Below, piece after piece: positions 35,233 through 44,885 of a stretch of 64,000 nt of DNA. This stretch comes from Escherichia coli (lineage in GTDB: Bacteria; Pseudomonadota; Gammaproteobacteria; Enterobacterales; Enterobacteriaceae): the NCBI RefSeq assembly GCF_050320075.1, contig NZ_CP190018.1; one strand, 5' to 3'. Under the pieces are notes generated by a model. It searched no databases, was not told the DNA's origin, and worked only from the letters and a program-made list of their open reading frames with translations. Numbering within the stretch: position 1 is the stretch's first letter; every line of letters starts with the position of its first letter. The position numbers and the translations under genes are program-made.

Positions 35233-36585
35233 TTATGGTTTGAGTTTATACTTCTGACCATTAATGATTTTTTTGATTAACTCGAATGCAGCGGGGGAAT
35301 ATTTATGAACACCTTCCTTCCCCGTTTTCACTAGCACATGATAGTTATTATCTGAGGATTTAATATTAAAACCAGTTTCCTTGTGTATTCTTTCTAATAC
35401 TTTATGGACGTAATGCCAAGATCCCATATCAAGTAATTTTGCAAGTTCAGATATGGTGTAGGGATAGCTTGCGTTAAGTGCTTGCCCATTATTTAACTCT
35501 GCAATTCCATAAAGTTTCGCTAACACGTTATCTTGCTCAGCAATGTTCTTAAGCATTTCAAAATCATATGGAAGCTCTTGTTTTACAAGAGATTGAGAGG
35601 CAAATGTATAGGTTCTGGCTAATAGCGCCCTGACTAATTTTGGGTTAACACTGATTTCTGGCGTATTTGACGATAGGGCATCATAAATCCAACCGAAATC
35701 ATTGGCATAGATCACTTTGATTCGGATGCTTTTATTTTCACCAACACCAATCAAAATCTCTTTCTGGTGTGAACCTGTACCTTCACATTCTGGACTAAAG
35801 GAAACCAAATAAATATTCGGAATCAAAGCGTTATTTGGCGCAATTATCTCATCAATATCAGACAGGATGGCTTTAATATTCTCATCATTAATACTATAGC
35901 CAATGAAGAACAACGGATGCTCGACGAAATATGTTAATAGTTTTGCACTGATATACTTTTTACGCTTATAAAACTCAACATAGTCTTCATTTGTTATAAT
36001 GATGCTTTCTGGTTCTTTACTACTGCCGTGAATCTTCATGATTTCACCGTATGTAGTATAGTTAACAGTCACAACATTATGGCCAACTATCGGTTGGTAG
36101 TTATCAAATATCTTTTCAAGCAGATCGTCATAGTTTGTTGTAATAATGGCATGGGGCCTTACTTTTTTTAACTTTTCAATTTCTTCAGTGTACTCCATTG
36201 CTGAAAAATCAACCGAGTCTGAAAGGTTATTCAACAATGTTGCAATCTCATGCTTGATATATATATCTTTAGAGCTTTTTCCATTGAAATACTGTTCAGG
36301 ATAACGAGATGTCCCCACATCCCAAGCCCACTCAGCGTATGACTCAGAAAAATCACTTGCTATCATTGGTTTATTGTCATTTCTTGTTTGACTGTAGTAA
36401 CCATACGGGCGAGTGATTAATGGGCAAGTTTCAGCGAGATACTTTAACAGGTTTTCCCAATCAGGAGCTTTCAAGTAGCGTTGAGATACCCCTGCACCCA
36501 TAAAGAGAATTGGCTGTACCTGTAAACCTTCAAGACATGATTTGATATCTTCAATTATTTCTGTCTGATATTCAGAGAAGTCCAT
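35233..36585 (-). CDS. SIR2-like (SIR2_2 / ThsA-DSR-type) domain protein with uncharacterised C-terminal domain; candidate NAD+-depleting anti-phage effector
   Basis: 450 aa; SIR2_2 hallmarks PILFMGAGVS (res 25-34), IITTNYDDLLE (res 147-157, putative catalytic Asn151), KIHGS (His186), EHPLFFIGYSINDE (res 222-235); C-terminal about 190 aa with no recognised family; gene is markedly AT-rich. Confidence 0.75.
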   Translation of the reverse strand: MDFSEYQTEIIEDIKSCLEGLQVQPILFMGAGVSQRYLKAPDWENLLKYLAETCPLITRPYGYYSQTRNDNKPMIASDFSESYAEWAWDVGTSRYPEQYFNGKSSKDIYIKHEIATLLNNLSDSVDFSAMEYTEEIEKLKKVRPHAIITTNYDDLLEKIFDNYQPIVGHNVVTVNYTTYGEIMKIHGSSKEPESIIITNEDYVEFYKRKKYISAKLLTYFVEHPLFFIGYSINDENIKAILSDIDEIIAPNNALIPNIYLVSFSPECEGTGSHQKEILIGVGENKSIRIKVIYANDFGWIYDALSSNTPEISVNPKLVRALLARTYTFASQSLVKQELPYDFEMLKNIAEQDNVLAKLYGIAELNNGQALNASYPYTISELAKLLDMGSWHYVHKVLERIHKETGFNIKSSDNNYHVLVKTGKEGVHKYSPAAFELIKKIINGQKYKLKP

Positions 36586-36799
36586 ACTTTAGCCTTTAGG
36601 ATGTGAGATGCTGGAGTAGTAAATCGCCGCGGAGCGGTTCGGGGTTCTGTGACACCCGAATTTTACCTCGGTTTCCTTTGTATATAATATCATTGAAGTT
36701 ATTTGCATTTCTCAGAAATCTTCTCTGGCTTTGATTGCTATAGCCGAAAGATAGCGCACACTTCGCCGTTGGTCAGTTAGTACGAGGTTTCCGCCAAGT

Positions 36800-37835
36800 T
36801 CACCTTTTACCAAAGATGGCCTCAGAGCTTCCCTGAAGCTTTATCATGGTTTCAAGTAGGTCATCTTCGTTCAGTGAGCGCTGAGATTTGTTGATGCTAG
36901 GCGCGTGCCGTCTGCGGGAAGGCTCATCACCAGAACAAGGTAACGATAGTGAGCGATTATTGTCCCGTTTTCTCTGGACCTGACGGGCAACATCCAACAC
37001 ATGGCCAAGTCTCTTGTTATCTACAATGGCGACGGGCTCAACCTCAGAAAGCCGGTCATAGGTGGAGTAGGGTAGCAGCACGCCATTTAGTCGCAGCTCC
37101 TTATGTCCGTCAGGATAATGCCAGACATCAATATACTTGCCGATGGCTCTTCGACTGTACTCGTTGTCCTCAATCAGATAGAGCATTTTATCGTATTGTA
37201 CAGTCAGATTTTTTGATACCCGGCGAGGCTCTCGCCAGGTAAATTCTGCATCAAGGTCATCGTCTAATGCCAGCGGCCGGTACGCGTTAAAATCATGCAA
37301 GGGTTCTTTGGCAAAGCGCCGGTTATAATCCGCCATGTATTCTTCTGCAAATGCATTGGCCGCTTCTATTGTACAGATCCCCTTAAGCCTGAGCTCCTTA
37401 ACGAGTCGGTCCTGAAGTGTCAAATGAGCACGTTCAACGCGGCCTTTTGCCTGGCTGGTTTCAGCACACAAAGGAGTAATATTAAGGCAGCGCATGGCCC
37501 TGGCAAACTGGGTATCGCCGAGACCGGTGGTGGCGTGCTTATTATTGACTCTGAATACGCTGGCTTTATCGCTGTAGAGGATCATCGGTTTACCGTATTC
37601 AGTGGTGGTCGCAGCCATCAATTTGTATCAGCTCGCCAGTACAAGGACGCCGGTAACGAGGCTGATGAATTTTCGGTGCGCGTTGTCTGCGGGGGATCCA
37701 GAGTCCCGCGTTTATCATGAGACGTCGGATGGTTTCCTTTCCAAGGACCAGACCGTGAACTTCCTCCAGCTTTTCCCGCGCCAGCGTGGGGCCAAAATCA
37801 CGGTAGTGCTCCCGGATTATACTGAGTGCCTCCAA
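36800..37835 (-). mobile_element. Remnant IS element: DDE (integrase-core) transposase gene disrupted by a frameshift
   Basis: Two overlapping minus-strand ORFs (37599..37835 N-terminal HTH part ending …IQIDGCDHH; 36800..37621 catalytic part …ILYSDKASVF…AETSQAKGRVERAHLTLQ); family not confidently assigned (IS481/ISNCY-like); IS ends not identified. Confidence 0.6.
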
Positions 37836-38198
37836 TGAGCCACAAATAGAACATTAGCATTGAGCCTCTATAATTTTGGTGCGCATAATGTATATTATGT
37901 TAAATGTGGTGGGTTTGTTCTTAAGTTCATGTGTTCCGCTCTTTCAGTAGCTTAACTGATGAATCAGTCAGCAGCTCTTGCCGTGCAAGCTACGCGGCGG
38001 TTCGTACCAGATTGGCCACCTCCATCTCCTGGTTCGCTTTCCCCTCCCCCCGGTAAACCTCACCCAACGTTAATTAATGATGTCAGTATGTGGGCGCTAT
38101 CCTTGTATGTAAAATCCACTGACGATTACGCCCATCTGTGAAAAAAAACTCACAATGCCATTCGATGCATCTCCATACTGAACGAGGCGTTATCGTCT

Positions 38199-39098
38199 TT
38201 ATCGCCCCGTAGTGGATATCAGAAAATCAATCAGGGCCTTCACTCTTTTCGTTTTACCCGCGTTTTTGGGGTAATAGAGATACACTGGCGGGTAGGTTTT
38301 CCAGTATCTCTCCATCACCGGAATAAAGCGCTCCCTGTCCGGCTGTAACTGCCAGACAGGCTCAAACAAGCGCCCAATTCCCAGCCCGTTACGGATCCCG
38401 TCTGCCATAACGTCAATATCGTTGCTGATTAACTGCCCCGGCATCTCAACGGTCAACTGCTCACCGCGATCGTTCAGGAGCAGCGGAAGGATGCGGTTGT
38501 TGGTGATAAAACGGTAACCAATCAGCTGGTGATGACAGAGATCTGCCGGCACTTCAGGCGTTCCATGTCGGGAGAGATACGCTGAGGATGCATATAATCC
38601 TTCACGAAACGGTTTCATTAACGGTCGGGCCACCACCCCTCCCTCAAGAATATCGCCAAAACGGATCCCCAGATCAAAACGCTCTTTGATGATATTCACG
38701 GTACCGTCGTAGACCGAAATTTCTAACTGTATACCCGGATATTGCTGACAGAATTCTGCCATCGCAGGCTTAAGAATTAACAGGTAGGCAAAACGCGAGA
38801 GCGTAATTCGCACCATCCCAGAGGGCTCCTGATGCTGGTCGCGAATGCTTTCAAGTGAGTTTTCCAGCGACTCCACCGCCGCAGCGGTCTGTTCCAGCAA
38901 TAATTGACCGGTTTCCGTCAGCTCTATACGGCGGGTCGTACGCACAAAAAGCGGATGGCCGATATACTCTTCCAGCAGCTTTAGTGCATTGCTGACGGAG
39001 GGAGGCGTAATTTCCAGTTTCCTTGCGGCTGCCGAAATATTGCCCTCCCGCGCAATGCTCTGGAAGATGCGAATCTGGTTATAAAGAGCGTTATTCAT
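38199..39098 (-). CDS. LysR-family transcriptional regulator
   Basis: 299-aa protein; N-terminal HTH (IFQSIAREGNISAAARKLEITPPSVSNALKLLE); divergent from the oxidoreductase cluster. Confidence 0.85.
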   Translation of the reverse strand: MNNALYNQIRIFQSIAREGNISAAARKLEITPPSVSNALKLLEEYIGHPLFVRTTRRIELTETGQLLLEQTAAAVESLENSLESIRDQHQEPSGMVRITLSRFAYLLILKPAMAEFCQQYPGIQLEISVYDGTVNIIKERFDLGIRFGDILEGGVVARPLMKPFREGLYASSAYLSRHGTPEVPADLCHHQLIGYRFITNNRILPLLLNDRGEQLTVEMPGQLISNDIDVMADGIRNGLGIGRLFEPVWQLQPDRERFIPVMERYWKTYPPVYLYYPKNAGKTKRVKALIDFLISTTGR

Positions 39099-39233
39099 AA
39101 TGTTTTCCTAAGCAATTCTCGCCTGATTATTAAGTACAGTCTAAAAATGCTTAAGTCAATGACCCTCTAATCTTCCTGAAATACGCCTCTTATACTTTAG
39201 TCTCTTTCTACTACGACCTGAGTTCAGGAGACT

Positions 39234-39545
39234 ATGATGCGAATTTTATGTCTGGATATCCCTGCCCCTGGAGCATCGCTGGAGAAATATGCTCCGCACC
39301 TCAACGCTGAAGCGCTGCACGCCTGGGGATTGTATAAATCAGGCTTCATCCGCGACATCTACTTCCGTCAGGACAGACCTGGCGTCGCTATTTTTCTTGA
39401 ATGTGACTCTGTCGATGAAGCGATGAACGTTATGGCCGAATTCCCGTTGGCAAAAGCAGGCTTACTAAGCTTCGAGTGTATACCGCTTGGCTCCTTTATT
39501 AACTGGGAAAATCTCTTCGCCGATGAATTTAAAAATAAAGAGTGA
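39234..39545 (+). CDS. Muconolactone isomerase-like small protein (Dabb/YciI-like fold)
   Basis: 103-aa protein with pattern similar to CatC-type muconolactone delta-isomerases; family assignment tentative. Confidence 0.45.
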   Translation: MMRILCLDIPAPGASLEKYAPHLNAEALHAWGLYKSGFIRDIYFRQDRPGVAIFLECDSVDEAMNVMAEFPLAKAGLLSFECIPLGSFINWENLFADEFKNKE

Positions 39546-39553
39546 GGACCGAT

Positions 39554-40243
39554 ATGAAACCTGCATATAAACCAGTGCTATGTGTCGTTTCCAGCCATCC
39601 GATTAAAGGCGCATCCGGTGTACCAACCGGTTTTTTCCTGGCCGAGCTGACTCATCCGCTGAAAGTACTGGAAGATGCCGGAATAAAAACAACAATAGCC
39701 AGTATTCGCGGGGGGCAGCCACCGGTGGATGGATTTGACCTCAGCGACCCTGTTAACGCCTGGTACTGGAACGAAACCGATTTTCAGCAGCGCCTGGCAA
39801 CAACACCTGCGTTATCCGAGCTGAAAGGTGCCGATTACAGCGCAGTTTTCTTTGCAGGTGGTCATGGGACCATGTGGGATTTCCGTGATAATCAGGATGC
39901 CCAGCGTATTATCCGCGAAGTGTATGAAAGTGATGGGATTGTCTCAGCCGTCTGCCACGGGCCTGCGGCATTGGTTGACGCAAAACTCAGTAGCGGCGAA
40001 TACCTGATAAAAGGGAAAAATGTGGCGGCCTTTACCAACAAGGAAGAGGAAGAAGTTCACACAACAGATGTGGTTCCCTTCCTGCTTGAAACCGCACTTC
40101 GCGAGCATGGTGCGCTTTATCATGAAGCTCCAAACTGGTCTGAAAACGTGGTTACCGACGATCGCCTTATCACGGGGCAGAATCCCGCTTCAGCACATGG
40201 GGTTGGTGTGGCGCTGTTAAATGCACTCCGCCGGACAGCTTAA
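39554..40243 (+). CDS. DJ-1/PfpI-family (class I glutamine amidotransferase-like) protein
   Basis: About 229-aa protein with nucleophile-elbow context (SAVCHGPAAL); ORF track 39542..40243, ATG 39554 more likely. Confidence 0.7.
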   Translation: MKPAYKPVLCVVSSHPIKGASGVPTGFFLAELTHPLKVLEDAGIKTTIASIRGGQPPVDGFDLSDPVNAWYWNETDFQQRLATTPALSELKGADYSAVFFAGGHGTMWDFRDNQDAQRIIREVYESDGIVSAVCHGPAALVDAKLSSGEYLIKGKNVAAFTNKEEEEVHTTDVVPFLLETALREHGALYHEAPNWSENVVTDDRLITGQNPASAHGVGVALLNALRRTA

Positions 40244-40316
40244 TTAATTCATCGTTACTCACCTTACTTGGCCGGTTTAAGTCAGCCACGATCCGGCCTT
40301 TTTTCAGGAGCTGAAT

Positions 40317-41264
40317 ATGAAAACACTACCTCCAGTCGCACTAGGTACATGGTCCTGGGGCACAGGCTTTGCCGGCGGCGACACCGTCTTTGGTAATCAT
40401 CTTTCTGATACTCAGATGGCAGAAGTGTTCACTGCGGCCATGAGTAAGGGCCTCAATCTCTGGGATACCGCAGCAGTATATGGTATGGGGAGTTCCGAGA
40501 CTGCGCTGGGAGCATTAGTCCGTCAGTTTCCCCGCGAGAACATAATTTTATCCACCAAATTCACGCCGCAGATTGCGGACAAGCAGTCTGCGCAGCCTGT
40601 CAGCGATATGCTTGAGGCCAGCCTTGGGCGCCTGGGCGTGGACGCGATTGATATCTACTGGATCCATAATCCCCTCGACGTCGAAAAATGGACACCAGGA
40701 CTGATCCCACTTTTACAAAGCGGTAAGGTAAAACGCGTAGGTGTTTCCAACCACAATCTGGCACAAATCAGACGCGCCAATGAAATCCTTAACGCTTCCG
40801 GTTATTCCCTCAGTGCAGTACAAAATCACTACAGCCTGCTCTATCGCGCTTCTGAAGAGGCCGGGATCCTTGATTATTGCCGACAAAATAACATCACGTT
40901 CTTTGCTTACATGGTCCTGGAGCAAGGCGCGCTCAGTGGTCGTTATGATTCAAATCATCCCATGCCTGCCGGGAGTGGCCGGGCCGAAAGTTATAACGCA
41001 GTACTGCCGCAGATAGAAAGACTAACCGCCGCCATGAAAAAAATGGGAGCCGAAAGGAATGCCAGCGTGGCACAGATAGCCATCGCATGGGCTATTGCGA
41101 AAGGTACCCTTCCCCTCGTTGGTGCGACTAAAGTCCATCACGTTCTGGACGCCGCCTGCGCTTCAGACATCCAGTTACGCGATGAGGAAATCATCCTGCT
41201 GGAACAACTCGCCGCAGAGACCAGAGTGGATACACGAGGCGCCTGGGAAAAACCGATGGTGTAA
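40317..41264 (+). CDS. Aldo/keto reductase family oxidoreductase
   Basis: 315-aa protein with AKR features (LWDTAAVYG, VGVSNH). Confidence 0.8.
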   Translation: MKTLPPVALGTWSWGTGFAGGDTVFGNHLSDTQMAEVFTAAMSKGLNLWDTAAVYGMGSSETALGALVRQFPRENIILSTKFTPQIADKQSAQPVSDMLEASLGRLGVDAIDIYWIHNPLDVEKWTPGLIPLLQSGKVKRVGVSNHNLAQIRRANEILNASGYSLSAVQNHYSLLYRASEEAGILDYCRQNNITFFAYMVLEQGALSGRYDSNHPMPAGSGRAESYNAVLPQIERLTAAMKKMGAERNASVAQIAIAWAIAKGTLPLVGATKVHHVLDAACASDIQLRDEEIILLEQLAAETRVDTRGAWEKPMV

Positions 41265-41366
41265 AGCCCGTCCGGAACAGACTGTCATGAATGACACACA
41301 CGAACGGGCTGTTCCGGGTGATTCTAATCTGTATCACTTTTACTGCTTTGTATGAATGGTGAGAAT

Positions 41367-42044
41367 ATGAAAATCATTTGCCTCGAAGAACATTATCTCG
41401 ACAGCGAGTTAGGGCGAGCGTGTATGCCTGTTGCGCTTGAGCAGGCACCTTTCCTTGGCGACAGGGGGAAAACCGTCGCTGATGGTCATAATCCTGACCG
41501 ACTCCCTGCTTTCCCGCTTTAATAAACTGAATGTGCCACTCTATCTTCATCCCGGGTTACCGCTTAAAAGCGTACAGCAGGCCTACTTCACGGGCTTCAG
41601 CGCAGAGGTCAACGCCAGGCTTTCTATGTTTGCCTGGGGCTGGCATCACGAAGCGGGGATCCATTTGTTGCGGCTGATGTTATCGGGCGCATTTGATAAA
41701 TATCCCAACCTGCAGGTAATCAGTGGCCACTGGGGGGAGATGTTACCCTTCTGGCTCCAGCGTCTTGATGACAGCCTACCACTGGCTGCAACGGGTCTGT
41801 CACGCACGCTAACGAGAACCTTCCAGGAACACGTTTACGTTACCCCGTCATATGCTAACACTGCCGCACTTCCAGTTTATCTACGCGTTAATGGGTGCTG
41901 AAAGGATCCTGTTCTCCGTCGGTTATCCCTATCAGACCCCTGGACGGTGTAAAAACCTTTATAGACAGTCTGCCCGTCAACAAGGCTGAAAAAGAGGCCA
42001 TCGCGTTTCGCAATGCAGAACGTTTACTGGGCATCACGGTTTAG
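41367..42044 (+). pseudogene. Amidohydrolase-2 (ACMSD-like metal-dependent hydrolase) gene remnant with frameshifts
   Basis: N-terminal MKIICLEEHYLD… in one frame, central part (ORF 41431..41901) in another, C-terminal …FSVGYPYQ…NAERLLGITV in a third; total length too short for the family. Confidence 0.55.
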
Positions 42045-42194
42045 TTCACCGTTTCATGATGACTGAGCACATTGTGATCAGCCGACAATTATTAGTTTTT
42101 GCCTAAAAGTGAATGAGCCTTTACTGCTCTAAAAAAATAATGTTGTCACTCTATACTGGATTTAATATTCACCAAAGATGTTTAACTGATTGAA

Positions 42195-42767
42195 ATGAAA
42201 AATATCCTTGTTATTTCAGGTCATCCTGAGCTTACCCATTCCGTCGCCAATGCCACTATTCTTGATGAAGTGGAGACCGCCCTTCCCGATGTTGAGATTC
42301 GTCGTCTGGACAGGCTCTATCCGGATGGCAAATTCAACATCGCGGCGGAGCAGAAAAGCCTGCTCAGGGCCGATGTGATTGTCTGGCAGTTCCCTTTTTC
42401 CTGGTATGGGCTGCCAGGATTAATGAAAAAATGGCTGGACGAGGTCTTTGTTCACGGCTTCGCGCATGGCTCAACGGCGAAACTGGGCGGTAAAAAGCTG
42501 ATCCTCTCCTTTACAACGGGAGCGCCAGAGGAGCTCTATACCGTCGACAGTTTCTTTGGCCATACCATTGAAGAGTATCTTATTCCGTTCGAAACCACGG
42601 CAAGGCTGTGCAATCTTGAGCTGCTGGCGCCGGTTTATACCTGCGGTATCAGCTATGCCGACCGGGATGCCGACAAAATCGCGCAGCAAAAAACGCTTGC
42701 CCGGGAACACGCTTCAAGGCTTGTCGAACTGCTCAATTCCGTCGTGAATAATCCAGAGGGAGAATAA
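42195..42767 (+). CDS. Flavodoxin-like NAD(P)H:quinone oxidoreductase (KefF/MdaB/general stress protein 14-like)
   Basis: 190-aa protein; N-terminal MKNILVISGHP flavodoxin-like-fold signature. Confidence 0.7.
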   Translation: MKNILVISGHPELTHSVANATILDEVETALPDVEIRRLDRLYPDGKFNIAAEQKSLLRADVIVWQFPFSWYGLPGLMKKWLDEVFVHGFAHGSTAKLGGKKLILSFTTGAPEELYTVDSFFGHTIEEYLIPFETTARLCNLELLAPVYTCGISYADRDADKIAQQKTLAREHASRLVELLNSVVNNPEGE

Positions 42768-42769
42768 CA

Positions 42770-43789
42770 ATGCAGTATACCCGGCTCGGTAAAAGTGACT
42801 TACTTGTTTCCCGCATCTGCATGGGATGCATGGGGTTTGGCGATCCGTCGACGGGTCAGCATAGCTGGACGCTGGACGAAACAGCAAGCCGCGACATCAT
42901 TCGCTATGGCCTTGAAAAGGGCATCAACTTTTACGATACCGCTATAGCCTACCAGAATGGCTCCAGTGAGCGATACGTTGGCCGGGCATTACGGGAGATG
43001 GCGAAACGCGATGATATCGTCCTGGCCACCAAGTTTCTGCCGCGAACCCCCGCACAAATTGCCGGAGGGATCAGCGGAAAAGAGGCAATCGCTCAATCCC
43101 TTGACCAGAGCCTGAAGAATCTGGGGATGGACTATATCGACCTCTACATCTACCACATCTGGGATTACAACACGCCCATTATCGACGTGCTTGAAGCGTT
43201 ACATACCGCTGTTACTGCTGGCAAAGTACGATCTGTTGGTATTTCAAACTGCTATGCCTGGCAGCTGGCGAAGGCGAACGCCCTTGCTGAACGCGAAGGG
43301 CTGATGCCCTTTGTTTCCGTACAGAGCCACTACAATCTAATTATGCGCGAAGATGAACGGGAGCTCTTCGGCCTGTGCACTGAGGATAATATCGCAATGA
43401 CCCCCTATAGCGCGCTGGCCAGCGGCCGCCTCTCTCGTAAAGAAGGCTATACACGGCGAGCCACAGAGGATGACTATGCGCGTGGAAAATATGACAGCAC
43501 GGCTGAACAGGATCGCAGCATTATTGAGCGTGTAGCCGAACTGGCCGAACGCCATCTGGTGTCAATGACGGAAATATCTCTCGCTTGGCTGCTGACAAAA
43601 GTCACATCACCTGTCGTAGGGGCTACAAAAAAAGCTCATGTCGATGGCGCGGTAAACGCAGTAAATCTTCAACTAAGTCCGGAGGAAATTCAGTTTCTGG
43701 AAGAAACCTACCAGCCGCATGTTCTGACGGGGGTCATGGCGCAAAATACGCCGCAAACGAAAGATGTTAAGCAGGTCTGGATGCGATAG
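42770..43789 (+). CDS. Aldo/keto reductase family oxidoreductase
   Basis: 339-aa AKR (GINFYDTAIAYQNG, VGISN); start immediately follows the upstream stop. Confidence 0.8.
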   Translation: MQYTRLGKSDLLVSRICMGCMGFGDPSTGQHSWTLDETASRDIIRYGLEKGINFYDTAIAYQNGSSERYVGRALREMAKRDDIVLATKFLPRTPAQIAGGISGKEAIAQSLDQSLKNLGMDYIDLYIYHIWDYNTPIIDVLEALHTAVTAGKVRSVGISNCYAWQLAKANALAEREGLMPFVSVQSHYNLIMREDERELFGLCTEDNIAMTPYSALASGRLSRKEGYTRRATEDDYARGKYDSTAEQDRSIIERVAELAERHLVSMTEISLAWLLTKVTSPVVGATKKAHVDGAVNAVNLQLSPEEIQFLEETYQPHVLTGVMAQNTPQTKDVKQVWMR

Positions 43790-43904
43790 CCCTTATTCAC
43801 TTTTCCTCCTCTCGTCTTTGAGAGCGCCAGTAGCGGTCGGTTACGTTCTTACCAGCACCAGTTGATCGAACGTCTTAAACAGTAACGTCAGTAAAAAGAT
43901 CATC

Positions 43905-44630
43905 GTGAAAAAGACTTTTATGCTTTTAATTTGCATGCAAATAAGCAGCCCTGTCTTTGCAACAAAACCGGACGCGCCGAATAAGCCGGAGATGAATATC
44001 TTCGAGCTCGGCATCAGACCCGATCGGGACAACGACTTTGCAGACGTGGCCAGACAGACGATTTCCGCTTCGGTTGATCATGAAGCAGGTACACTGGCGA
44101 TGTATGCCCTGCAACGCAGCGACAATTCAGGTCAGGCATTCATGTTCGAACTCTATGAAAATGAGCGTGCTTATCGCAAACATCTCAATGCCGCCCCATA
44201 CAAAGCATTCGCTGCTCGTGCACCTGACATTATTGACAGGAAGAAGAAAATTACCCTGGAGCCACAGTTTCTGGGCGACAAACACATCATACCGAATGAA
44301 CGAACTATCAATAATCTGGTGATCGTCGAAGTAAAGCCTGAATTTCAGAGCGAATTTAGAAACATCGTCCTTCCTGAAATGGTCGAGTCGCTCAAAGTAG
44401 AGAAAGGCGTGTTAGCCATGTATGCCGGTACAGATTCAGAGACTCCAAAACGCTGGTATTTCTATGAGATTTACGCCAGTGAGGAGGATTATCAACTGCA
44501 CCGACAAACGCTGCACTTCCTGGATTACCTCAGGCAAACGGCGCATATGAGCGCCAGGAAGGACGCAATCCCGGTAAAACCGGTATTTCTTCGTAACAAA
44601 GGCGGAATCAAACAGGAGCCGCAACGTTGA
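43905..44630 (+). CDS. Putative secreted protein with tandem ABM (antibiotic-biosynthesis-monooxygenase-like) domains
   Basis: 241-aa ORF with N-terminal hydrophobic signal-like segment and two ABM-like halves (AMYALQR…FELYENERAY; AMYAGT…YEIYASEEDY); start uncertain. Confidence 0.5.
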   Translation: MKKTFMLLICMQISSPVFATKPDAPNKPEMNIFELGIRPDRDNDFADVARQTISASVDHEAGTLAMYALQRSDNSGQAFMFELYENERAYRKHLNAAPYKAFAARAPDIIDRKKKITLEPQFLGDKHIIPNERTINNLVIVEVKPEFQSEFRNIVLPEMVESLKVEKGVLAMYAGTDSETPKRWYFYEIYASEEDYQLHRQTLHFLDYLRQTAHMSARKDAIPVKPVFLRNKGGIKQEPQR

Positions 44631-44645
44631 CCAGTAAGGATTAAC

Positions 44646-44885
44646 ATGAAAAGCGTACTTGCAGCAGCGGCTATGTCGCTTGTTATTTCTGATTTTGCTA
44701 ATGCTGAGGAAACAAGAGGTAAAGCTATGATGAAAATAGAACCGTCAGCGATTTCGGAAGCTGATATTCGTTCCGTCTCACCGGCTCTCGCGCGCTTTGG
44801 TCGCGAAGCTATTACTGAAGATCTGTGGACACGCGACGCCCTCTCACCGAGGGATCGTAGAGTAGTTAAACTTACTGTTATTTAA
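44646..44885 (+). pseudogene. Truncated carboxymuconolactone decarboxylase (AhpD-like) family fragment
   Basis: 79-aa ORF with CMD-like N-terminal motif (…ALSPRDRRVV…) ending abruptly; sits at the island/fimbrial junction. Confidence 0.4.

Noticed and set aside
37959-38141. 60-aa proline-rich ORF between the transposase remnant and the LysR gene
   Set aside because: No RBS, unusual composition, lies in probable IS-remnant or intergenic DNA; considered a chance ORF
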